From assembly GCA_051531975.1 (NCBI GenBank), contig JAOPTT010000020.1, positions 58,042-122,041 on the forward strand: a stretch of 64,000 nt of DNA, written 5' to 3'. Both the position numbers and the translations under genes were made by a program. The DNA is from Spirochaetaceae bacterium. GTDB lineage: Bacteria; Spirochaetota; Spirochaetia; DSM-2461. The notes under the pieces were generated by a model. That model searched no databases and was not told where the DNA came from. It worked only from the letters and a program-made list of their open reading frames with translations. Position 1 is the first letter of the stretch. Each line of letters opens with the position of its first letter. Shown piece by piece: positions 48,531-58,329 of this stretch.

Positions 48531-49446
48531 TTATAGAATTAAAAAAGAGAGGGAGAGGGTATTATTTAGCTCTTTAGTTGTATTTGCATCAGTTGTATTT
48601 ATAGCATTATTCTCTTTTATATTTGATCTGTTTCAGTTTGAAGATTTTACAGAATATACAGGACCTGTAAAAATAACATTTGGTTCTCCAGATGGTTTAG
48701 ATGATATTATCATTCCTACAAATGATATAAATAAAGATGTTGTAGAGCCTATCGAAGAGCCACCAAGTGATCCTAAAGTAGAACCTGAACCTATTATTGA
48801 ACCTATACCAGATATAGTAGAACCAGTACCTAATGAGCCTAAAATTATAGAACCTGAACTTACTACACCTAAAGAAAGCACAATAGATACAAAATCTGAT
48901 ACACGTCCAGAGCCAATTATTCAAAAAGGTGAAGAGAATGGTAACTCCCATGAAACTAGTTTTGATAGTGAATCAAGTAGTGTTAGACGAAGTGTTTATT
49001 CTCCTATTTGGCAATTCATGCCTTTGCCTCAATCAATTACAGAGGATTTGTATGCGTTAATAAATGGTGATGTGACTGGATTTGACGAGGAAGATTATAA
49101 TAGAGACTTATTTAACGATTTTTATACTAAAAGTGGGGATACGTTCCAATTAAATAGTTATGTTGAATTTGATGATCGACCATATTTATGGGCAATACTT
49201 AAAGATTCTGGTTATAATATGGAAGAGCCAGAGTTTAAAGAAAAATATACTTTAAAGACTATAATTATTACATTTGAAATAGGTAATAGTCTTAATGGTC
49301 AAAATATTATAAAAAGTTCAGAAGTCACTACTTCAAGTGGTGTACCCAAGATTGATGAAGCTGTATTACATGGTTTTAATCAAAGTACATACTCTAACTC
49401 TACTGAGAAAAGTGTCACTGGAAGATTCAAATACTCATTTAAATAA
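48523..49446 (+). CDS. TonB-like energy transducer
   Basis: N-terminal TM, Glu-Pro-rich linker, C-terminal SSG..IDEAV..YSF TonB_C-like end; start uncertain (48511 TTG or 48523 GTG). Confidence 0.7.
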   Translation: MNSYRIKKERERVLFSSLVVFASVVFIALFSFIFDLFQFEDFTEYTGPVKITFGSPDGLDDIIIPTNDINKDVVEPIEEPPSDPKVEPEPIIEPIPDIVEPVPNEPKIIEPELTTPKESTIDTKSDTRPEPIIQKGEENGNSHETSFDSESSSVRRSVYSPIWQFMPLPQSITEDLYALINGDVTGFDEEDYNRDLFNDFYTKSGDTFQLNSYVEFDDRPYLWAILKDSGYNMEEPEFKEKYTLKTIIITFEIGNSLNGQNIIKSSEVTTSSGVPKIDEAVLHGFNQSTYSNSTEKSVTGRFKYSFK

Positions 49447-49477
49447 ATCTATTTTACATAATTTGCCCATTAATAAT

Positions 49478-49888
49478 CTAATCAGTAGGTAACTCATCAA
49501 TAGCTATACTCCCAGGATATTTGTTATTAATCCACTCAACGGCTTCAATTCTAGTTGGAAATATTTTTGTTGGCCATGGAGCACCTGTTGTACTTGCTTC
49601 ATATGTTGCAACAAGATCTTTTAATTTTTCATCAGATCCTACTAAAGCAACAAGTATGTATGGATTCGTTTGGGAAGCTGCAAAATCCATTCCTGTGACT
49701 ATTTCCATTGTATCATAATCTACATTTATATTAGTAACAGACACAAAGTCCATGAGTTGATACCGCATTTTATCAAAGTCGTACAGACCATAAAACTCAG
49801 TACTTGTTTTGTATATATCATTTGAAGTTAGTTCCTCTGAGAATATCCATAACACGCCTTTTTTTAAGGTCTTTGTCATTTTTATCAT
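49478..49888 (-). CDS. hypothetical protein (SpoIIAA/STAS-like alpha/beta fold possible)
   Basis: 136-aa ORF in an otherwise empty region; C-terminal IFPTRIEAVEWI resembles SpoIIAA-like family ends. Confidence 0.6.
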   Translation of the reverse strand: MIKMTKTLKKGVLWIFSEELTSNDIYKTSTEFYGLYDFDKMRYQLMDFVSVTNINVDYDTMEIVTGMDFAASQTNPYILVALVGSDEKLKDLVATYEASTTGAPWPTKIFPTRIEAVEWINNKYPGSIAIDELPTD

Positions 49889-50059
49889 TGTGCCTATAAT
49901 CCTTTAATGCAATATTTAAATTATATATCATATTTATTTAGTATGCATTCTCTTTTAAAATTAATTTTGTAACAAAATATGTTGAGTTTTTTAATATTTT
50001 TATATTCATTATTTTAATAAGATATTTCCTATAGAACAAAATTATTAATAAAAGTAAAC

Positions 50060-50088
50060 TTGCAAGCTTAAAAAAATTAAGGTATCTT
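50060..50088 (+). promoter_or_regulatory. sigma70 promoter abutting the HAD gene ATG
   Basis: TTGCAA-N17-TATCTT-N7-ATG. Confidence 0.6.
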
Positions 50089-50095
50089 TATTTAT

Positions 50096-50773
50096 ATGAA
50101 TATAAAAGCTGTTATTTTTGATATAGATGGAACATTTTATCCTAACTGGAGAATGAATCTAATGACACTACCTGTTGTTTTAAAGAATTTGAGACTGTTT
50201 TCAGCCTTTGCAAAAACACGGAAGGAGTTAAGGCATCATCCAGAGTTGATGACTGATAATTTTTATGAGGTTCAAGCTGAACTAACGGCAAAAAGACTTG
50301 GTAAACCAACCGATGAAATATTAAGAAAAATTGAGTCTGATATTTACATAGAGTGGACTGAATCTTTAAAAAAAGTTAAACCCTATGACAATGTTCGAGA
50401 CGTGATTGAGGTAATCCATTCAAGAGGATACAAAACTGCATGTTTATCTGACTTCCCAATATTAGAAAAACTTACATACTTTAATCTACATGACTTATTT
50501 GAGAATAGGGCTTATACTTGCGAAGATTGTGGACATTTAAAACCACATCCAAATGCGTATAAATATGTTGTCGAAAAGGTTGGTGTAAAACCTGAAGAGA
50601 TTCTATATGTTGGTAATAGTTATGCCTACGATATTGTTGGAGCAAAAAAAGCTGGAATGTATGCAGCTCATATCTCAAAAAAAGAGATAGTAGGTGATAT
50701 TACTGCAGATTTTACATTTAAAAAATATAGTGATTTTTTAGAAAAATTTGATAATTTAATAAAGGGAGAATAA
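50096..50773 (+). CDS. HAD-family hydrolase
   Basis: FDIDGT, LKPHP, YVGNSYAYDIVGA. Confidence 0.9.
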   Translation: MNIKAVIFDIDGTFYPNWRMNLMTLPVVLKNLRLFSAFAKTRKELRHHPELMTDNFYEVQAELTAKRLGKPTDEILRKIESDIYIEWTESLKKVKPYDNVRDVIEVIHSRGYKTACLSDFPILEKLTYFNLHDLFENRAYTCEDCGHLKPHPNAYKYVVEKVGVKPEEILYVGNSYAYDIVGAKKAGMYAAHISKKEIVGDITADFTFKKYSDFLEKFDNLIKGE

Positions 50774-53700
50774 TGGTCTTATATTCAATCCTAGGAAACC
50801 TATTTGTATTAGGTATTGTAGGAGTAGTTCTAGTACTGTTTAGAAAATCAGATAAAAGTAGTAAGTCTCTAGAACAGGTTAAAAAATATGCCACAAAAAG
50901 AAATGAAGAATTTGACCTTTATGTAGAAAATAAAATTGTTTATTTAAAAGATATCTCTATCTCCTTAGAAGTTCAGGAAAAAACTGGAAAAATAATATTA
51001 GATAAAATATCCGATGAAGTTGATGATCTATCAAATAAAATTGAGCATATCGAAGAACTAAATAAAAAGGTTACTGGCTATACATCAACAATGGACAAGA
51101 TGTTAAATCTATCTAAAGAACTTGATGACAGATATAGTAAATTAAAAAAAGATTCAGTATATATGGAATCTCTTGATAAAAAAGTTAAAGATGGGCGTAA
51201 AAAATTATCATTGATTGAAAAAAATATAACAGATATTACGTCAGAATTTATTAGAAATAATAATAACTCAATAAATAAATTAAAAGAGGACGTTTTATCA
51301 AAGACTGCTCTTCAAGTTGAAGAATTAGATACAAAAGTAAACAATTCTTCTATGGAATATGAACAGATTAGTAACCTTATTAACGACCTTAGAGATAGTT
51401 ATAATAGTGGTGCAAAAAATAGTTATAACTCATTTAAAGAAGAACTTCATACTCTTGTAGAACAACATAGAGAGAACATTGTAAATATTACAAAAGAAGG
51501 TGAGAGTCTAGAAGAGGCATCATTAACTGAAATTAAAGATAAAATTAGTCTACGAAGTAATAACTTAACAGATATTTTGGATGAGAAACTAAAATCTATA
51601 GAAAATGATAACATGGAAAAAATAAGTAAATTATCTATGGATATGGGGAATATAGAGGTTATAGCTAATAAGATTCAAAATGAAAATAAGCAACGTCTTG
51701 ATTCTATAAAAGAACAATTAGATACACAACTTCTACTGTTAAAAGATGCCAATTCAAAGGGTGTTATGGACTTACAGGAAGAGTTTCAAGTTAATTTCAC
51801 AGAGTTTAAGCAGATATCTCTTTCTGAAATAGAAAAATCTAAGGTCGAGAGTGATGATTTAATTACTGAGCTAAATAAACAGCTTGAGCAAGCAGCTGAA
51901 TATAAAACTGAAGTTATAAATAAGTATTCAAATACAGAAGACTATGTTGGAAATGAGATCTCAGATTTAAAAGATAGAATAGAGAGTAGTATATTTGAAA
52001 TTACTCGGGATTTAGATAATCACGAAGATAAAGTTAAAGCATCAGCACTTAAACATATGGATAGTAGTATGAATGACTATAAGGATGAAGTTGATAGAAA
52101 GCTTGGTGAGTTATCTTTAGTTTCAGAAACTATAGATAGTGTAAAAAACAGCGCCAATGAACAAATAGCATTAACAAAAGAGACTTTTAATGAGGAGCTT
52201 GCTAGAATTAAAAATAGTCTAGTTAGCGAAAAAGATAAAATTGCTAATGATATAGATCGTTTTAAAGACGAGATTACTAAAATATCAGCTCAAAATAGTG
52301 AGACTATCGACCAAGAAAGAATTACTCTTCTATCTAAAGTAGATCAGATTAAAGAGAGTCAGTCTTCATTGAGCCAGGAACTTATGAATAATGAAAAAGA
52401 AATCCGAAGTCAAGTTGCACATCAAAGAGAGAACCTTTTAGAAGGTATTAATAGTGATATTACAGCTCAATTAACCCAATTAAAAGAGGATTTAGACGGA
52501 AAAATAAACTCTTTTAGTAATTTTGAAGCTACTATAAATTCAGCAAAAGAAGATCTAGAAAATAGACTTTCATCTAACAATAATATTTTAGAATCTGAAT
52601 ATAGTGAATTTAAAAACAGTATTTTAGAAAGAATGAATACTGAAAAAATATCGTTATCTTCATTTATGGAGCTTTTTAATTCTGAAAAAGATCTATTAGA
52701 TACTGAAATAACTCAACTTAAAGAGATATCTTATAATAATATTTCTGAAAAATTAAATCTGTTTGAAGATGATTATTTTATTAAGTTAAAGACAAAAGAA
52801 GAGTATATAGAAACTGAGACAGATCGATGGAAAAAACAGTTAGATTTGTCAGTTAATGAGATAAAAGATGAAAGTATAAGTTCTATTGTTAATAATATGG
52901 AAGAGGTAAACTCTAAAGTTAATAGTTTTAAAGAGAGCCTTACTATCGATTACATAAAGTTTAAAGATAATATCGAGAATAAGTTAGAGTCTCTTGTTTC
53001 TAATATGAAAACCGAAGAGAGTCGAATATTGTCTGAAAAAGAAACCTTTAAAGATAAAATCGATGTAGATATGTTAGAACTACAACAACGATTAAGTAGT
53101 ATTAATGAGCATGTTAGTGTCGATTCTAAGGCTATAAAGGATAATTTAGCTAGGATTGCAACTGAGCAAAATAACTATATAAGTGAATCTGAAATATTTA
53201 CAAAAGCTGACTTTTTAAGAGAAGAACTAAAAACCGCGATCGGACAATTATCAGCTAATTTAAAAGATGTTAAAGATAAATCAGATTTTGTATCAGAAAC
53301 AAATCAAAAACTTGATGGATTAAAATCCTTAACTCAAAATATTAATAACCAATTAGATAGCGTTGAAGATAAAAGAATAAAAATAGAGACACTTGAAAAT
53401 CGAATTTCAAAAGTATTAACTCTATCTGATAGTGTTGATGAAAAATTAACACGTATTAAAGATGCTGAAGTTGAAGTCTCAGATATTCAACTAAAACTTA
53501 GAGAATTAAAAGAGTTACAATCTGGAGTAAATCTAGAATTTAATAGATTGGAAAAGAAAGATGAGATCTTAACAGAAACCAATAAAGCTATAGATAGTGG
53601 TTTTGGACATATTCAAGTTATTGAAGGTAAATTAGATGTTTTAAAAGAGAGTTTATTACCATTTAATAATCAGATTGATAATATAAAAGATAAGCTTGGC

Positions 53701-54072
53701 CGGGTCGAAGAAAAAGAGACAAAAATTGATACAGCAATTAATGTATTGTCTAACTTAGATCAATCAATATCTGAAATGGAAGATAAAATTGAAAAAATGG
53801 ATAAAGCTAGAGAATGGATTGCCGGAGTTGAAACAAGATTAAATGATACTGTTCGTACAGCTGATGAGCAAGTTAAATTAATGGGTGCTTTAGCTCAGAA
53901 TAAAAATAGTAAGGAAATTAAATCCTCTACAAACAGTGCGCCAGATATGAATAAAAGAGAAATGGTCATAAGATTGGCACATAATGGATGGGATGCTGAT
54001 GCAATATCTAGGACTACAAAGTTAAGCCGAGGAGAGGTTGAGTTAATATTAGAGCTCTCTCCAAGAAAATAA
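50773..54072 (+). CDS. spirochaete coiled-coil (SpiroCoCo-like) membrane-anchored protein with C-terminal HTH-like tail
   Basis: N-terminal TM + SLEQVKKYA, ~1000 aa heptad-rich, C-terminal ISRTTKLSRGEVELILEL. Confidence 0.8.
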   Translation: MVLYSILGNLFVLGIVGVVLVLFRKSDKSSKSLEQVKKYATKRNEEFDLYVENKIVYLKDISISLEVQEKTGKIILDKISDEVDDLSNKIEHIEELNKKVTGYTSTMDKMLNLSKELDDRYSKLKKDSVYMESLDKKVKDGRKKLSLIEKNITDITSEFIRNNNNSINKLKEDVLSKTALQVEELDTKVNNSSMEYEQISNLINDLRDSYNSGAKNSYNSFKEELHTLVEQHRENIVNITKEGESLEEASLTEIKDKISLRSNNLTDILDEKLKSIENDNMEKISKLSMDMGNIEVIANKIQNENKQRLDSIKEQLDTQLLLLKDANSKGVMDLQEEFQVNFTEFKQISLSEIEKSKVESDDLITELNKQLEQAAEYKTEVINKYSNTEDYVGNEISDLKDRIESSIFEITRDLDNHEDKVKASALKHMDSSMNDYKDEVDRKLGELSLVSETIDSVKNSANEQIALTKETFNEELARIKNSLVSEKDKIANDIDRFKDEITKISAQNSETIDQERITLLSKVDQIKESQSSLSQELMNNEKEIRSQVAHQRENLLEGINSDITAQLTQLKEDLDGKINSFSNFEATINSAKEDLENRLSSNNNILESEYSEFKNSILERMNTEKISLSSFMELFNSEKDLLDTEITQLKEISYNNISEKLNLFEDDYFIKLKTKEEYIETETDRWKKQLDLSVNEIKDESISSIVNNMEEVNSKVNSFKESLTIDYIKFKDNIENKLESLVSNMKTEESRILSEKETFKDKIDVDMLELQQRLSSINEHVSVDSKAIKDNLARIATEQNNYISESEIFTKADFLREELKTAIGQLSANLKDVKDKSDFVSETNQKLDGLKSLTQNINNQLDSVEDKRIKIETLENRISKVLTLSDSVDEKLTRIKDAEVEVSDIQLKLRELKELQSGVNLEFNRLEKKDEILTETNKAIDSGFGHIQVIEGKLDVLKESLLPFNNQIDNIKDKLGRVEEKETKIDTAINVLSNLDQSISEMEDKIEKMDKAREWIAGVETRLNDTVRTADEQVKLMGALAQNKNSKEIKSSTNSAPDMNKREMVIRLAHNGWDADAISRTTKLSRGEVELILELSPRK

Positions 54073-54095
54073 TTTATCAAAAACTCTATAAACTC

Positions 54096-54124
54096 TTGAC
54101 GATTTTACATTTGGTGAGTATTTT
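54096..54124 (+). promoter_or_regulatory. sigma70-type promoter abutting the grpE ATG
   Basis: TTGACG-N17-TATTTT-N6-ATG; no SD. Confidence 0.6.
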
Positions 54125-54130
54125 ATTTCC

Positions 54131-54748
54131 ATGAATGATGATAAGGATAACAACGTGCAAACGTCTGAAGTCTTAGAAGAAGAAATTAAGACTGACCAAG
54201 AAACGACTCCAGATGTAGAAGGAGAGGTGGTAGACGCTGAAGAGACTACAGAAACTGAAGTTGTGGATGAACTCGCTTTTAAGGAAGCAAGAATAAAAGA
54301 GTTAGAAGAGAGTGTTGAAGAGCACAAAGCTAACTATTTACGAAAACATGCTGATTTTGAGAATTTTAGAAAAAGAATGATCAAAGAGAAAAGTGATGCA
54401 ATTAAACATGCAAATGAGTCATTAATCACTGATCTTATCGAAGTTGTAGATAATTTTGATAGAGCTCTATTATCTACAGTCGAAAATTCTGATTTTAATT
54501 CCTTTAAAGAGGGTATTGAAATGATTGAGAAGCAGTTTAAAGGAATGTTAAGTTCTAATTGGGGACTTTCAAGAATAGATTCTGTTGGACAAGAGTTTAA
54601 TCCACAGATTCACGAAGCTATGTTTATGGAAGATTCTGATGATGTTGAAGTACCAACAGTATCAGAAGAATTTCAGTCGGGTTACATGCTTCATGAAAAG
54701 GTATTAAGAGCCCCAAAAGTTAAGGTTCAGAAACCTGCAGACCAATAG
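54131..54748 (+). CDS. grpE: nucleotide exchange factor GrpE
   Basis: ADFENFRKR, DNFDRAL, FNPQIHEA, GYMLHEKVLRAPKV. Confidence 0.96.
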   Translation: MNDDKDNNVQTSEVLEEEIKTDQETTPDVEGEVVDAEETTETEVVDELAFKEARIKELEESVEEHKANYLRKHADFENFRKRMIKEKSDAIKHANESLITDLIEVVDNFDRALLSTVENSDFNSFKEGIEMIEKQFKGMLSSNWGLSRIDSVGQEFNPQIHEAMFMEDSDDVEVPTVSEEFQSGYMLHEKVLRAPKVKVQKPADQ

Positions 54749-54790
54749 TATATCTATTGGGATAATTAATGAAGAATAAGGAGAATTAAA

Positions 54791-56704
54791 ATGGGAAGAA
54801 TAATTGGAATTGACTTAGGTACAACAAATTCATGTGTATCAGTTATGGACGAGTCTGGGAAACCAGTAGTAATACAAAATGCAGAAGGGCAACGAACAAC
54901 TCCTTCAATTGTTGGTTATACAAAAGGTGACAGATTAGTTGGGCAACCAGCTAAAAACCAGATGGTAACTAACCCTAAAAATACAATTTTCTCTGCAAAG
55001 AGATTTATGGGACGAGCTTACTCTGAAGTAACAGAAGAGTTAACAATGATCCCTTATACGGTGATTTCAGGAAATGGAGATCAAGTTAAAATTGATGTGG
55101 ATGAAAAACATTTAACTCCTCCTGAAATTTCAGCAGCAATTTTACAAAAAATGAAAGAAACTGCAGAAGACTATTTAGGTGAGACAGTAACAGAAGCAGT
55201 TGTTACTGTTCCTGCATACTTTAACGACGCACAGAGACAAGCTACAAAAGACGCTGGTAAGATTGCTGGTTTAGATGTAAAAAGAATTGTTAATGAACCT
55301 ACAGCAGCAGCACTATCGTACGGTTTTGGTAAAAACCAGGATAAAGAAGAGATTGTTGCAGTATATGACTTAGGTGGAGGTACATTTGATATCTCTATTT
55401 TAGAACTTGCGGATGGTGTATTTGAAGTTAAATCTACAAATGGTGATACCCACTTAGGTGGAGATAACTTTGACCATGAAATCATTAACTGGTTAGTTGG
55501 TGAGTTTAAAAAAGATCATGGTGTTGATCTATCTAAAGATACAATGGCACTACAAAGACTAAAAGAAGCTGCAGAAAAGGCTAAGAAAGAGTTATCTTCA
55601 GCCCAAGCTTCTGATATTAACCTACCTTTTATTACTGCAGATGCAACAGGACCAAAACATTTACAATATAACTTAACAAGAGCTAAGTTTGATCAAATGA
55701 CTGAAGCTTTAGTACAAAGAAGTAAAATACCATGTGAGAAAGCATTAAAAGATGCTGGTTACTCTCCATCAGATATCGACGAAGTATTATTAGTAGGAGG
55801 TTCAACAAGAATCCCTGCAGTACAAGAGTTAGTTAAGAAAATATTCCAAAAAGAACCAAATAAGGGTGTTAATCCAGACGAAGTTGTTGCAATGGGTGCA
55901 GCAATCCAAGGTGGTGTTTTAGGTGGAACTGTCGACGATATCATCTTATTAGATGTAACTCCTTTATCTCTAGGTTTAGAGACTTTAGGTGGTGTTATGA
56001 CTAAGTTAATTGAAAGAAATACTACAATTCCTACAAAAAAATCACAGGTATTCTCAACTGCTGCAGATAATCAAACTGCTGTATCAATTATGTGTTTACA
56101 AGGTGAAAGAGAGATGGCTAAGGATAACAGACTTTTAGGTAAGTTTGACTTAGTTGATATTCCTGCAGCTCAAAGGGGTATTCCTCAAATCGAAGTAACA
56201 TTTGATATTGATGCAAATGGTATTGTTCATGTAAGTGCAAAAGATTTAGGTACTGGTAAAGAGCAGAAGATCAGAATTGAGTCTTCTTCAGGTTTAAGTG
56301 ACGAAGAAGTTGATCAGATGGTAAAAGATGCTGAAGCTAATGCTGAAGCAGATAAAGCTGCAAAAGAACAAGTTGAAACAAGAAACAATGCTGACTCTTT
56401 AGTTTTTCAAACTGAAAAAACATTAAAAGAAAATGCTGATAAGGTTTCTGATGAAGATAAAGCTAACATTGAAAAAGCAATTGAAGATGTAAAAGAAGCG
56501 CTAAAAGCTGATAATACAGATGATATTAAGGCTAAAACTGAAGTTTTAACAACTGCAGCTCAAAAATTAGCTGAAGAGATGTATAAGCAAGAGCAGCCAG
56601 GAGCTGAAGCTGGTCAGCCAGGTGCTGAACAAGGACAACCATCTCAGGATGAGCCTAAAAAAGCTCAAGATGCTGAAGATGCAGACTTTGAAGTCGTAGA
56701 CTAA
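54791..56704 (+). CDS. dnaK: chaperone DnaK
   Basis: [34 protein letters not shown]. Confidence 0.98.
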   Translation: MGRIIGIDLGTTNSCVSVMDESGKPVVIQNAEGQRTTPSIVGYTKGDRLVGQPAKNQMVTNPKNTIFSAKRFMGRAYSEVTEELTMIPYTVISGNGDQVKIDVDEKHLTPPEISAAILQKMKETAEDYLGETVTEAVVTVPAYFNDAQRQATKDAGKIAGLDVKRIVNEPTAAALSYGFGKNQDKEEIVAVYDLGGGTFDISILELADGVFEVKSTNGDTHLGGDNFDHEIINWLVGEFKKDHGVDLSKDTMALQRLKEAAEKAKKELSSAQASDINLPFITADATGPKHLQYNLTRAKFDQMTEALVQRSKIPCEKALKDAGYSPSDIDEVLLVGGSTRIPAVQELVKKIFQKEPNKGVNPDEVVAMGAAIQGGVLGGTVDDIILLDVTPLSLGLETLGGVMTKLIERNTTIPTKKSQVFSTAADNQTAVSIMCLQGEREMAKDNRLLGKFDLVDIPAAQRGIPQIEVTFDIDANGIVHVSAKDLGTGKEQKIRIESSSGLSDEEVDQMVKDAEANAEADKAAKEQVETRNNADSLVFQTEKTLKENADKVSDEDKANIEKAIEDVKEALKADNTDDIKAKTEVLTTAAQKLAEEMYKQEQPGAEAGQPGAEQGQPSQDEPKKAQDAEDADFEVVD

Positions 56705-56715
56705 GAGAGATTATA

Positions 56716-57831
56716 GTGTCAAAAAGAGATTATTATGAGGTACTAGGTGTTGATAAATCAGCAGTTAGTGCTGACATAAAAAAAGCATACAGAAAACTAG
56801 CTATCAAGTTTCACCCTGATAAAAACCAGGGTGATGCAAGTGCAGAAGCAAAATTTAAAGAGGCTACCGAAGCCTACGAGGTCTTATCTGACGATCAAAA
56901 GAAGCAAGCATATGATCAATATGGTTTTGCAGGTGTTGATGGTATGGGTGGTCCTGGTTTTAATGCCAATGCATTTCATGGTTTTGAAGATATTTTTGGT
57001 GGTGGTTTTGAAACAATATTTGACTCCTTTTTTAGTGGAGGTGGTCAAAGAAGAAGTAGAGGCAGACAGCAACAGCGAGGTAGTGATCTTCGGTATGATA
57101 TGAGAGTTTCTTTTTTTGATTCTGTATTTGGTACAAAAAAAGAGATTAAATATCGTAAAGATATAGCTTGTGACTCATGTGGAGGATCAGGATCTAAACC
57201 TGGTTCAAGTAAAAAAACATGTGGTACATGTGGTGGACAAGGTCAGGTTCGAAGAAATAGTGGATTCTTCTCAGTTGCTCAAGCTTGTCCTACTTGTGGT
57301 GGTGATGGTCAGATAATTGAAGATCCTTGTTCTACTTGTCGTGGTAAAGGTATTGAAGAGAAAGCACAGAAGGTGAATGTAACTATTCCAGCTGGTATTT
57401 CTCATGGTAAACGTATTAGACTTAATAATCAGGGTGATGCAGCTCCAAATGGAGGTGTTCCCGGTGATCTTTATGTTTATATCAGTGTAGATAATCACGA
57501 TTCATTTGAAAGAGATGGTCACGATTTATACTGTGCAATACCTATAAGTTTTTCCCAGGCTGCACTTGGGTCTGATGTTTTTGTTAAGACTTTAGATGAC
57601 AAAAAAATCAAACTAAAAGTTGCTGCTGGAACACAAAGTGGAAAACTACTAAGAATAAAAGGTGAGGGTGTTTTTCATCTTAATACGACTAGACGTGGTG
57701 ACATGTATGTAAAACTAATTGTTGAAGTTCCAACTAAACTTTCAACAAAAGAGAAGAAAATATTAAAAGATTTTGCAGATATACATGGAGAAAATAGTAC
57801 TCCAGATCCAAAATCATTACATTCATTGTAA
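56716..57831 (+). CDS. dnaJ: chaperone DnaJ
   Basis: HPD J-domain, G/F region, four CxxCxGxG repeats. Confidence 0.97.
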   Translation: MSKRDYYEVLGVDKSAVSADIKKAYRKLAIKFHPDKNQGDASAEAKFKEATEAYEVLSDDQKKQAYDQYGFAGVDGMGGPGFNANAFHGFEDIFGGGFETIFDSFFSGGGQRRSRGRQQQRGSDLRYDMRVSFFDSVFGTKKEIKYRKDIACDSCGGSGSKPGSSKKTCGTCGGQGQVRRNSGFFSVAQACPTCGGDGQIIEDPCSTCRGKGIEEKAQKVNVTIPAGISHGKRIRLNNQGDAAPNGGVPGDLYVYISVDNHDSFERDGHDLYCAIPISFSQAALGSDVFVKTLDDKKIKLKVAAGTQSGKLLRIKGEGVFHLNTTRRGDMYVKLIVEVPTKLSTKEKKILKDFADIHGENSTPDPKSLHSL

Positions 57832-57857
57832 ATAAAAAAGAGCCATGAAATGATATG

Positions 57858-57899
57858 AACCCCTTTTACTGGACGAAATCTAGTAGAAGGGGTTTTTTT
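57858..57899 (+). terminator. intrinsic terminator after dnaJ
   Basis: AACCCCTTTTACTGGA-N5-TCTAGTAGAAGGGGTT (16 bp, two G-U pairs) followed by a T run. Confidence 0.75.
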
Positions 57900-58233
57900 A
57901 TATTATTTTAAATTCACTTTTTCCTATATTTATTACTGATCCAGGTTGTAATTTTTTTTCTTCACCTGGTTTCAGAGGATTTTTGTTAACATATGTTGCA
58001 TTAGTACTCTCAAGATCTCTAATCAGGTAAGTGCCATCTTTTTCTTCTATTATTGCATGACGCCTAGAAACTAAAGGATCATTTAATACTACATTATTTG
58101 ATTTATCTCTACCAATTGTAAGTTTTCTTCCCATAGAAATAGATTGTCCATGCCATGTTAATTTTAAAGCAACTTTTGTTATAATATTATTTTTTTGTCC
58201 CTGTTTACTTCTCTTGTAAATTGTTTCATCCAT
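57898..58233 (-). CDS. stand-alone FHA-domain protein
   Basis: TIGRD, VSRRHA, DLESTNATYVN. Confidence 0.92.
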   Translation of the reverse strand: MDETIYKRSKQGQKNNIITKVALKLTWHGQSISMGRKLTIGRDKSNNVVLNDPLVSRRHAIIEEKDGTYLIRDLESTNATYVNKNPLKPGEEKKLQPGSVINIGKSEFKII

Positions 58234-58329
58234 AATATTATTATAAGTTCTTATAGATAAAAAACAATAGTGTTTTTGTATTCTCTTTAGCTATTACTAT
58301 AATTAGCCGATAAAATATTAGAGGTTTTT

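Noticed and set aside
54073..54130. Possible CIRCE element before grpE-dnaK-dnaJ
   Set aside because: No TTAGCACTC-N9-GAGTGCTAA, only a short AAACTCT direct repeat; no hrcA in the window
56590..56641. QPGAE repeat at the DnaK C-terminus
   Set aside because: Ordinary low-complexity DnaK tail
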